The notes under the pieces were generated by a model. That model did no database searches. It was not told the DNA's origin and saw only the letters and a program-made list of their open reading frames with translations. Of a stretch of DNA of 21,201 bases, positions 6,749 to 14,826 are shown in pieces. How positions within the stretch are numbered: position 1 is the stretch's first letter; each line of letters starts with the position of its first letter. The position numbers were made by a program, and so were the translations under genes. Source of the stretch: Chlamydiia bacterium (GTDB lineage: Bacteria > Chlamydiota > Chlamydiia > Chlamydiales > JBMOFD01); contig JBMOFD010000031.1 of NCBI GenBank assembly GCA_049314435.1, positions 1 through 21,201 on the forward strand. Direction: 5' to 3'.

Positions 6749-7666
6749 ATGGGACACGTGAAACGATGGGTATCTGGGGTCACGATTCTTCTCGCCTCTC
6801 TGGGATCTTTCATGACCCTGTTGGCTGAGGATGAATCGTTGAACCTGGTCGAGAGATCGGCAGACGTCAAGCGATCGGTAGATGCGGCCTCCTTTGAGGT
6901 TGTGCGGCATGCTATTGAAGAGATGCCCGAAGGGAGTCTCGTCATTCTGGATTGTACACGCACCTTGATGGAGCCGGTTGATGCGATCCTTCGTTATGGG
7001 AAGTGGGCTCAGCTCACTGAAGCCACGCTAGGTCGCCCTCTCTCGGTCACTGAGGCAAGATACCTAAAACTACTTCGAGACTGGCAGAGCAAGAAGCAGC
7101 TGACCCATCCAGACTGGCCGGTCGTGATTCAAGCGGCGGCGGCTCGCGGCGTTCATCTCATGGTCCTCACCAAACACCCCGTTGGGTATGTGGATGAGGA
7201 ATATCCCCCGTTTGAAGGAGTACGGATTCAGCAGATGCGGGCCCTTGGACTGGATTTTCGTTCGATGTCACCCCGGGTCGATGTCCAGAAGATGAAATCC
7301 CTCCTACCCGGTCGTGAAGTGAGCTATGCAGGTGGCATTCTCTTTGCCCCCGATGGCATGAAGGGTCCTATTGTGGATGCTCTCCTGCGGTCCTCATGCC
7401 AGGAATACACCAAGATTTTGATTGTGGATGACAGTGAAACGCAGTGTCTGGATATGGAGCAGATGCTGACGACCCGGGCGATTGACTCAGCTGTCCTGCG
7501 GTTCACCGAAGCGAACGATCGACGTCCTTCTGTAGACCCTAGTGTAGCGGCACTGCAGTTACGGACTCTTTTCCAAGACGATGTATGGCTGAGTGATGAA
7601 GCAGCTAGTCTGCAGATCCAGCAACAATCGCCGAACCCAAGTTCCGCGCCTGCTTCTGAGGCCTAG
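6749..7666 (+). CDS. DUF2608-like HAD-superfamily protein with signal peptide
   Basis: GAGGAG SD; N-terminal basic plus hydrophobic signal. LVILDCTRTL (motif I variant), VLTK (motif II), GILF...KG (motif III), ILIVDD (motif IV), A.LQLRTL....WLSDEAA C-terminus. Confidence 0.75.
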   Translation: MGHVKRWVSGVTILLASLGSFMTLLAEDESLNLVERSADVKRSVDAASFEVVRHAIEEMPEGSLVILDCTRTLMEPVDAILRYGKWAQLTEATLGRPLSVTEARYLKLLRDWQSKKQLTHPDWPVVIQAAAARGVHLMVLTKHPVGYVDEEYPPFEGVRIQQMRALGLDFRSMSPRVDVQKMKSLLPGREVSYAGGILFAPDGMKGPIVDALLRSSCQEYTKILIVDDSETQCLDMEQMLTTRAIDSAVLRFTEANDRRPSVDPSVAALQLRTLFQDDVWLSDEAASLQIQQQSPNPSSAPASEA

Positions 7667-7845
7667 ACAGCTCTCCATTAGAGTTCATTGGAATCAGCAC
7701 AAATCCCCTCTTGAATGGAGGGCCCCTCTCACGAAAAACCACACAAGATTCCCCAGGCTCTTAATGTGTCTCACAGGAATATCTTGATCGATTCTGGATA
7801 CCTAGCGCCATAATAGTCGCTTCAGAATCCTCCCAGGAGTGGTTT

Positions 7846-8751
7846 GTGAATACTCTTCCCATTCAGCCCGGTAGCGGCTTTTTTTCTTCTATCACATCGG
7901 GCATGCACCAGGTGCCCAGGATCTTGGCCGGAGCTGGCATCGTCTTAGGAGGCGTGGGCCTAGCCCTCGGACTCCTTGGGGGTGCCACCACTATGGTGGT
8001 CATGAGCGCAGCCGTCTTGGTGTTAGGGGCTTTGAGTTGGACCCTCGATGTTTCCGTACGACATGCCCGTGAGATGGGCGATCTGACCGATGTCGCGGCT
8101 GCCGAACAGGCCGAAGCTGCGGAAGTCACTGATGCTTTACGGGATGTAGAGGATGAGCTGCAGAAGGAAGTGGAGGCCATCAAAGCGGAAAATCTTCACC
8201 TGACGACGGTGAATGACTCGTTGACTAACAAGGTAGCGCAGTTGGAAGGTCTTGCAGAGTCTCAAGCGAAGGCCCTGGAAGAGCTGAAGGAGGCGGTGAG
8301 TGCCGTTGACCATGATGAAGAGCAGGAGGATCAAGAGATTCGCGAAGTACGCGACCTCACAGCCGGTCTGGTACAGCTGCAGAAGCAGGGGCATGACGAT
8401 GAGGTGCACCTAGCGACAGATATCGCCACACTGGTCAAAGAGGATCAGAAGGAGGCTGCCGTTGTGCAGCATATGCACGCGGTCCTATCTGAGCTCAAAG
8501 ACTCAGTGCATGGGATAGATGGTAGACTGGGGAAAGGGCATTCCAAGGAACTCACGCAAAAGCTTGTGGAGTCAGAGAACAGGCTTAAAATGGTCTCACA
8601 AGAGAGAGATAACCTTGTAGAGGGGCTCTCCAAGGCTAAACATGAGGTAGAAGCTCTCTTAGAAACTGTCAAGAGGCAGACCGAGGTCCTTCTGAAAACG
8701 GCCTTTGAGCTTCAACACAGAGCTTCAGCACCTGCCGATGGTGACGTATGA
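7846..8751 (+). CDS. Inclusion-membrane (Inc/IncA-like) protein: bilobed hydrophobic domain plus long acidic coiled coil
   Basis: AGGAG SD. About 40-aa uninterrupted hydrophobic stretch (ILAGAGIV...VLGALSWTL) broken by Gly/Thr, then a heptad-like E/K/L-rich region. Confidence 0.7.
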   Translation: MNTLPIQPGSGFFSSITSGMHQVPRILAGAGIVLGGVGLALGLLGGATTMVVMSAAVLVLGALSWTLDVSVRHAREMGDLTDVAAAEQAEAAEVTDALRDVEDELQKEVEAIKAENLHLTTVNDSLTNKVAQLEGLAESQAKALEELKEAVSAVDHDEEQEDQEIREVRDLTAGLVQLQKQGHDDEVHLATDIATLVKEDQKEAAVVQHMHAVLSELKDSVHGIDGRLGKGHSKELTQKLVESENRLKMVSQERDNLVEGLSKAKHEVEALLETVKRQTEVLLKTAFELQHRASAPADGDV

Positions 8752-9854
8752 CCTCGTCGAGTATAGCTCCGCCACCTTTAGTGGCGGCCGCACCAGCAGC
8801 CCTTTCTAACGCATCTTCTTCGGGTGAGGCGCACGCCTCACCCGCCACCGGGGTGGCTCAAAGGATTCTGAAGAAGGCGCCGCCTCCGCCCATGTGCTGC
8901 GGGTGCTTTCGGTCGTGGTCTGAGCTGCCGACCGGTACTGCCATGGGTACGGCTGCTGCCAGCTCTCTCTATGCTCTGGTCACCGGATCGTGGATTTTTG
9001 CGGGCATAGCGGCTGCAGGTCTTGGATGCCTGTTTTTCACCTACAATGCGGTTCGAGATCAGGGCATCTTCAAAAATCAGGTGGACACCTTAAGAGAGAT
9101 GATGGCCGATCAATCACAGCTGTTGGATGAGCTGGAGCAGTCTGTGGCGACTCTGGTCACTGAAGAAGCCCTCATGAGCCGAACTACGGAGCACATTGGC
9201 GAGCAGGCACAGTTTCTAGATGAGACAGCCCGTCATCTTGATCCCCTGATCAGGGATGCGGGTACAACGACGGACAAGCTCCGCAAGTCTGTAGACGTTC
9301 TGAAGCAAATTCATGGGGAGAATAGCGCGGCGAAAGCCGGGCTTGAGGAGCAACTGAAGGCTGTTTCCCAGGAGATGGAGACCTTCAAGGATGTGCATCA
9401 AAAGCAGCATAGGGACCTAGCTGCTTTGCAGGCCTCCATGGGAAAACGAGAGGTGGGTGAGAAGGCACTGCGTATTCAACTCCAGGAAACAGCAGCTGAG
9501 GTACAGCTTCTGATCGCGACTCTTCTCATGCATCCTGAACAAGATGGTCATGGGACCCTGGCCGCTGTGCGCGCCCCGACCTCGACGAATATGGGGCCCT
9601 CTGTTGGCACCAGTTCCCAACCCGCACCGGCTCCCAATTTGCTGGCGGCTCTGCAGAGCTTCCAGAACCGACTTGAGCACTCCTGGGAAGATCTGATGCA
9701 CTCCGACACGAAAGCTCAAGCGGTGGAGACTCTGATCCATGACACAGAGGTGGTCATTGGGAATACGGAGCTGGCCATGCAGAATGCCGAAGAGGCGATA
9801 CGTCAGATCGCGGGGCTTCTAGGCAATACTCATATTGAAATAGGCGAACTGTAG
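8748..9854 (+). CDS. Second Inc/IncA-like protein: Ser/Pro/Ala-rich N-terminus, bilobed hydrophobic domain, coiled coil
   Basis: ATGA overlap with the upstream gene. Hydrophobic hairpin TAAASSLYALVTGSWIFAGIAAAGLGCLFFTY, then a long helical E/Q/L-rich C-terminus. Confidence 0.65.
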   Translation: MTSSSIAPPPLVAAAPAALSNASSSGEAHASPATGVAQRILKKAPPPPMCCGCFRSWSELPTGTAMGTAAASSLYALVTGSWIFAGIAAAGLGCLFFTYNAVRDQGIFKNQVDTLREMMADQSQLLDELEQSVATLVTEEALMSRTTEHIGEQAQFLDETARHLDPLIRDAGTTTDKLRKSVDVLKQIHGENSAAKAGLEEQLKAVSQEMETFKDVHQKQHRDLAALQASMGKREVGEKALRIQLQETAAEVQLLIATLLMHPEQDGHGTLAAVRAPTSTNMGPSVGTSSQPAPAPNLLAALQSFQNRLEHSWEDLMHSDTKAQAVETLIHDTEVVIGNTELAMQNAEEAIRQIAGLLGNTHIEIGEL

Positions 9855-9920
9855 GAATTGGCCTTGCGCCTAGGTCCCCATTTTCCAAATACTGGAGGAA
9901 ACTCTTCTAACTGGCTGAAC

Positions 9921-11774
9921 ATGATTTCCTTCCTTCGAGAATATTGGCATCCGGCTGCGGTTTTGTTGGGGATCCTCCTGGGTCTGGGGGCAGACCTTCT
10001 GGGGTTTGCGCCGATCGCCAACTGGGTGTGGGGTACCACGCTGATCCTCGGTGGTTCCCCTGTCGTCTGGAAGACGGTGAAGGGGATATTCCGAGGTCAA
10101 TTTGCCGCCGACATCGTGGCCACCTTGGCTATTGTGACCGCTGCAGGGATGGAGCAGTTCCTCGCTGGATCGGTTGTGGTGTTGATGCAGTCGGGAGGAG
10201 AGGCTCTAGAGGAATATGGACTCAAGCGCGCCAAGTCTAGCCTTGATCAACTGCTCTCTAGAGCGCCCTCCATAGCACGACGCAGAACGGCACAGGGTCT
10301 CGAGGAGATCCCCGTTACGGACGTGCAGATCGGAGATCTACTGGTGGTGCGCCCTGGTGACCTGATCCCCGTGGATGGGACGATCACCGAGGGCACCTGC
10401 GATATCGATGAGAGTGCTCTAACAGGGGAGCCTCTCCCTCGCCCAAGAGCACTGGATGATCACGTTCTCTCTGGCTCGATCGCGACCAACGGTGCGTTTA
10501 CGATGCGTGCGCAGAAGGTGGCGGGTGATTCGCAATACGCTCAGATCGTGAAGCTCATGAAGCGTGCTCAGGAGGAGAAAGCTCCGATTGAGCGTCTAGC
10601 GGATCGAGCGGCGGTCTACTTCACGCCACTGACGATCGCGATGGCCGGTCTGGGGTATTGGTGGACTCGGGAGCCCGTCACGATCTTGGCGGTTCTTGTG
10701 GTGGCGACGCCGTGTCCCCTGATCCTGGCGGTGCCCATTGCCATCATGGCGGGTGTGAACCGTGCGGCTCGTGCTGGGATCATCGTGAAGGGAGGCGCTC
10801 CCATGGAGGAGATTGGCCACACCCAGGCGATGATCTTCGATAAGACCGGGACGATCACGGTGGGGGAGCCCTTTCTGGAAGGGATGCTCTCGCTGGATGG
10901 TAGCTCCAAGGCAGACATCCTTCGTAAGGCGGCGGCTCTGGAACAGCTCTCCAACCACATCGTGGCTAGGGCCGTTGTCACAGCAGCGAATGAGCAAAGT
11001 CAGTCGCTCCCACAGGTGACCCAGTTCCGTGAGGTGCCGGGCCGCGGTGTACAAGGCACTGTAGAGGGGGAGGAGCTCTTTCTAGGCTCCCTCAGCCATC
11101 TGCAAGGACAGATCTCTCCCCAGGCAATATACATCCTCCAGAAGCGTTTGGCTCACGGGGATGTGGAGGGTAAGTTGACCGCCTGCCTCACGACTAAGGA
11201 TAGAGCTATGGGTATCTTGATCCTTGGGGATCGCATGCGAGCAGGTGTTCCCACGCTGATCGATCATCTCCGCGAGATGGGCGTACGATCGATCACCATG
11301 CTCACCGGGGATAACGAGCACAACGCCGAAATCATCGCCCAACAGGCGGGCATTCCTCACGTCTATGCGAACTTATTGCCTCAGCAGAAGGTGGAGGCCG
11401 TTCGGCACATTGCTCAGCACTTCCCCTATTGTGTCATGGTGGGGGATGGCATCAATGATGCTCCAGCCCTTGCTGCCGCGCGAGTCGGTGTGGCGATGGG
11501 AGCCCATGGAACCGCAGTGAGTGCCGAAGCGGCCGATATCGTTCTTCTCGTCGATGACATTAGCAAAGTGGGGGAGATCGTCCGGATTGGACAGCGCACG
11601 TTGCGGATCGCCCGCGAGTCGGTGGGGATTGGGATTGGTTTGAGCTTTCTTCTGATGTGCGTGGCCGCGGCTGGCTACATCCCCCCCATCGTAGGAGCTC
11701 TTAGCCAAGAGGTCATTGACGTGGTGGTGATCCTTAACGCCCTGAGAGGGATGACGGCGGGTCGCACTCGCTGA
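9921..11774 (+). CDS. Heavy-metal translocating P-type ATPase, P1B-5 signature (alternative start TTG 9858)
   Basis: DESALTGE actuator, TPCPLILAVP, DKTGT phosphorylation site, TGDN, GDGINDAPALA hinge, QEVIDVVVILN in the last TM. No N-terminal CxxC metal-binding domain. Confidence 0.93.
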   Translation: MISFLREYWHPAAVLLGILLGLGADLLGFAPIANWVWGTTLILGGSPVVWKTVKGIFRGQFAADIVATLAIVTAAGMEQFLAGSVVVLMQSGGEALEEYGLKRAKSSLDQLLSRAPSIARRRTAQGLEEIPVTDVQIGDLLVVRPGDLIPVDGTITEGTCDIDESALTGEPLPRPRALDDHVLSGSIATNGAFTMRAQKVAGDSQYAQIVKLMKRAQEEKAPIERLADRAAVYFTPLTIAMAGLGYWWTREPVTILAVLVVATPCPLILAVPIAIMAGVNRAARAGIIVKGGAPMEEIGHTQAMIFDKTGTITVGEPFLEGMLSLDGSSKADILRKAAALEQLSNHIVARAVVTAANEQSQSLPQVTQFREVPGRGVQGTVEGEELFLGSLSHLQGQISPQAIYILQKRLAHGDVEGKLTACLTTKDRAMGILILGDRMRAGVPTLIDHLREMGVRSITMLTGDNEHNAEIIAQQAGIPHVYANLLPQQKVEAVRHIAQHFPYCVMVGDGINDAPALAAARVGVAMGAHGTAVSAEAADIVLLVDDISKVGEIVRIGQRTLRIARESVGIGIGLSFLLMCVAAAGYIPPIVGALSQEVIDVVVILNALRGMTAGRTR

Positions 11775-12660
11775 GCGCTGCCTGGACCGCGTCGCGATAG
11801 CTCATCGGCTCAAAAGCAAAGAGCTCTCGGGCCAGCGGCTGAGTCACCAAGGCTTCACAGCGTACTTGGTCGATCCAAGCTCGGACGACTCGTACTGGTA
11901 TACGCGTTACAAGGCTGAGCCAGAGGGAAACAGCCCAAGGAAGGGACCAGAGGGCTGGGATGAAAAACCGTTTCAGACCTCGGAGCTGGGCATAGCCCTG
12001 CATCATTTCCTGGAGAGAGAGGATATCTTGCCCTCCGACCTCCAGTATCTTGCCGGTCGACGCTGGAAGTGAAAGGCCTGCTTCTAGGTAGTGTAAAAGA
12101 TCCGCAATAGCAATAGGTTGCAGTCGAGCACGGCCCCAGGAGTAGGCAAGAAGTAGTGGAAGGCGCTCCACCCAGCGGCGGAGGATCTCGAACCCATAGG
12201 TACCCTTGCCTATGACGGGCCCGGTACGGAATTCAGTCACGGGAACGCCGCTGCAGCGGAGGACTTCCCCAACCAAATGGAGCGTTCTGAGTTGTGGCGA
12301 GGGAGCCTTCCCCTCACAGCCCAGACTGCTGAGGTAGATGATGCGCTTTACGCCTGCCTGGCGAGCGGCCTCCGTAAGGTGACTCGCAGAGAGGACTTCT
12401 CGGTCGCAGAAATCACTTCCATCAGCGGCCATGCCATGAGTCAGATCGTAGATCACCTCGATTCCCTGCACAGCGCGACAAGCTGTGTCGAGGTCCAGCA
12501 GGTCGCCTTCTATGACTTCAATGGCAGGATCAAGGGCGGGCAGAAGCTGAGCATCCTTCACCAAAACGCGTAGGACAACGCCTTGTTTGGCTGCCAGAAG
12601 CGGCAGGAGACGCAGGCCTACGTAGCCCGCTGCACCGGTGATGAGGACTCTAATTGCCAT
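11734..12660 (-). CDS. Atypical SDR / NAD(P)-binding epimerase-dehydratase (YbjT-like N-terminal domain); alternative start 12684
   Basis: VLITGAAGYVG Rossmann motif, GDLLD, AGVKRIIYLSSLG, LQPIAIADLLHYL, EVGGQDILS. The 3' end overlaps the ATPase 3' end by 41 nt. Confidence 0.85.
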   Translation of the reverse strand: MAIRVLITGAAGYVGLRLLPLLAAKQGVVLRVLVKDAQLLPALDPAIEVIEGDLLDLDTACRAVQGIEVIYDLTHGMAADGSDFCDREVLSASHLTEAARQAGVKRIIYLSSLGCEGKAPSPQLRTLHLVGEVLRCSGVPVTEFRTGPVIGKGTYGFEILRRWVERLPLLLAYSWGRARLQPIAIADLLHYLEAGLSLPASTGKILEVGGQDILSLQEMMQGYAQLRGLKRFFIPALWSLPWAVSLWLSLVTRIPVRVVRAWIDQVRCEALVTQPLARELFAFEPMSYRDAVQAALSECDPPSSLSGR

Positions 12661-12717
12661 AATTTGGAAGCATGACGACGTCATGCGCTTGGAGTCAAGC
12701 AGGTCGCAGAACTGCGA

Positions 12718-13890
12718 CTAGCTTCCGGATGATGGAGAAAAAAAAACCTTGAGCCGATCGAGGAAATTCTGCCTACGTGGAGCATTAGCAGGAGACTCAG
12801 TGGCAGCGAACTGTGCTAGGATCTCCTTCTGCTCAGTGGACAGACGAGTCGGGATCTCCACCTGTGCATGCACAAGCAGGTCTCCTCTGCCATGTCCATG
12901 GACATTGGGGAATCCTTCGCCACGCACCCGCAGGATCTGTCCAGGCTGAGTCCCTTCCGGAATATGCAGTCGAGCTACATGACCAGGTTGGAGCGTGGGC
13001 AGTTCTTTCTTACAGCCTAGGGTCGCTTCCGTAATGGAGAGGGGCAGGTCCAGGTGGATCGTGTCACCTTCACGGCGGAAGAGATCATGAGGAGTGACCT
13101 CGATGGAAACGTAGAGATCGCCAGAGGGGCCGCCATGGAGGCCAGCATCGCCATATCCCGACATACGCATGCGCATGCCGTCGTCTACCCCAGCGGGGAT
13201 CTTGATCTTGACGTGCTGCTTCTGTTTGATACGGCCCCGACCACTGCACTCTTTGCAAGGATCGGTGATGATCTTGCCGTCGCCTTGGCAGTCTGAGCAG
13301 GTCGATGCGGTAGTGAAGAAACCGCGGTTCTGGATGGTCTGGCCTCGACCCTGACAGCGGGAGCAGGTTTTGATCCCAGCAGGGGTCGCCGCACACTGCC
13401 CACGGCAGGTTGGACAGCTCTCCCAATTCGTAACGGCAAGTTCTTTCTCGATGCCCGTTGCGGCCTCTAAAAAGCTGACCACTACCTTGGCGCGCTTATT
13501 GGCACCAGCTTGGGGCCCACTGCCGCCCTCGCTCTCTCCGCCAAATCCGAAGATCGAGCCAAAGATCGACTCCCCACCCTGGAAACCACCGAAGGCATCC
13601 ATGAAAGTGCGTAAAGCATCATCCATGTTGGCATAGCCCGCACCTTGCGGTCCTGCCCCCATGTGGGCTCCCTTCAGCGCATCCTCGCCATAACGGTCGT
13701 AAACCTGACGCTTTTTCTCGTCCGACAACACGTCATAGGCTTCCGAAATCTGCTTAAATTTCGCTTCAGCCTCGGTGCTGTTAGGATTTCGATCTGGGTG
13801 GTACTTCAGCGCAAATTTACGATACGCCTTCTTGATCTCTTCGGCCGAGGCCGAACGTGGGACTTCGAGAAGAGTATAGTAGTCTGCCAT
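12718..13890 (-). CDS. dnaJ: Chaperone DnaJ
   Basis: J domain with HPD, G/F-rich linker, four CxxCxGx(G/C) repeats, [10 protein letters not shown] and GDLYV C-terminal motifs. Confidence 0.98.
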   Translation of the reverse strand: MADYYTLLEVPRSASAEEIKKAYRKFALKYHPDRNPNSTEAEAKFKQISEAYDVLSDEKKRQVYDRYGEDALKGAHMGAGPQGAGYANMDDALRTFMDAFGGFQGGESIFGSIFGFGGESEGGSGPQAGANKRAKVVVSFLEAATGIEKELAVTNWESCPTCRGQCAATPAGIKTCSRCQGRGQTIQNRGFFTTASTCSDCQGDGKIITDPCKECSGRGRIKQKQHVKIKIPAGVDDGMRMRMSGYGDAGLHGGPSGDLYVSIEVTPHDLFRREGDTIHLDLPLSITEATLGCKKELPTLQPGHVARLHIPEGTQPGQILRVRGEGFPNVHGHGRGDLLVHAQVEIPTRLSTEQKEILAQFAATESPANAPRRQNFLDRLKVFFSPSSGS

Positions 13891-13919
13891 CGTGGAAGAA
13901 CCTCCTAGATCGATTCAAA

Positions 13920-14093
13920 TTAACGCTTGTATTTCGCCGCAGCCTTCGACTTCGCACGCTTGCGAACGGAGGGCTTGTCATAGAACCGGTGTGCCTTCAC
14001 GGACTTCATCACACCTTCTTTATCCAACTTCTTTTTAAGAACGCGGAGGGGCTTATCAATCGACTCGCCAGCGCGTACGCGGATACACGTCAT
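13920..14093 (-). CDS. rpsU: 30S ribosomal protein bS21
   Basis: [27 protein letters not shown]...[23 protein letters not shown], chlamydial-type S21. ATG 14093 with AAGGA upstream. Confidence 0.95.
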   Translation of the reverse strand: MTCIRVRAGESIDKPLRVLKKKLDKEGVMKSVKAHRFYDKPSVRKRAKSKAAAKYKR

Positions 14094-14165
14094 GGGTATT
14101 GTTTCCTTCAATTACAAGGGGGTATGACGACGCCAAATCGAATAGGCGACCGGCATAGACACAAA

Positions 14166-14194
14166 ATCATAGTCCTAACAGACGATCTCTTCAA
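14166..14194 (-). promoter_or_regulatory. Sigma70/sigma66-type promoter for rpsU-dnaJ
   Basis: The minus strand reads TTGAAG-N17-TATGAT. The -35 overlaps the tsaB stop codon. Confidence 0.6.
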
Positions 14195-14793
14195 CCGTAG
14201 TGGATGGTTGTTTGTTGCAAAGCTGGAGAAGCGGCCCAAATCCAGAGGGTAGAAGGTGGTGCGGTCAGCACGGACCAGCCTGTAGGAAGGCGTTGTTGTA
14301 CCCTCTCTTGATCAGGAGTCACCACCCTCTCGATGCCAAGAGTTTGGCTGGTGGCGACGAATTCTTCGATGCTAAGTCGCCGCGGCGTCATCAATAGCCG
14401 TCCCGAGCTCCCATCCCAGTCAGCCGCCATGGCGTACAGTCCGCCCGATCTGGCGTCTAGAACAGAGAGGTAGGGTCCAGGTGTAGGGGGGAGCCACAGC
14501 ATCAAGCTGGAGTAGCCACTCCAGGGGATGCCAGCCCCGAAAGCCAAACTGCTGGCGACGGTCAGCGCCACGCGAATCCCCGTGAAAGATCCAGGCCCCA
14601 TACCGCAGAGCACCTGCTCGAGATCGCTCACCACCAGCTCATGTTCTTGCAGTAGGTCACGTATGGCGGGAAGAAGCTCGCGGGACGACTGGTTACCGGC
14701 GTGGATCACCCGCTCTTCAACCCGACCGTCTGCAAGACGAAGGGCGAGGAGGCCATGATCCGTAGCTGTGTCGATGAAGAGTTGAGGGCGCAT
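14191..14793 (-). CDS. tsaB: tRNA threonylcarbamoyladenosine biosynthesis protein TsaB (YeaZ); alternative start 14811
   Basis: LFIDTA, LLPAI..LL, GMGPGSFTGIRVAL, VLDARSGGLY motifs. Conserved position next to rpsU-dnaJ. Confidence 0.93.
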   Translation of the reverse strand: MRPQLFIDTATDHGLLALRLADGRVEERVIHAGNQSSRELLPAIRDLLQEHELVVSDLEQVLCGMGPGSFTGIRVALTVASSLAFGAGIPWSGYSSLMLWLPPTPGPYLSVLDARSGGLYAMAADWDGSSGRLLMTPRRLSIEEFVATSQTLGIERVVTPDQERVQQRLPTGWSVLTAPPSTLWIWAASPALQQTTIHYG

Positions 14794-14826
14794 GCAGCCA
14801 GTATACATCAAGACCGAGGAGTGTCG

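Noticed and set aside
7784..7814. Possible promoter TTGATC-N19-CATAAT for the Inc pair
   Set aside because: A 19-nt spacer is too long to support confidently.
11734..11774. 41-nt convergent overlap of the ATPase and SDR 3' ends
   Set aside because: Short tail-to-tail overlaps are common in compact genomes, and both core domains are complete before the overlap.
12670..12686. Palindrome gcatgacg-a-cgtcatgc between dnaJ and the SDR gene
   Set aside because: Does not match CIRCE (TTAGCACTC-N9-GAGTGCTAA), has no U-tract, and a single 8-bp arm is weak evidence.
12738..12746. A9 homopolymer at the end of dnaJ as a phase-variation tract
   Set aside because: It encodes the VFFS end typical of DnaJ C-termini; slippage would alter only the last few residues.
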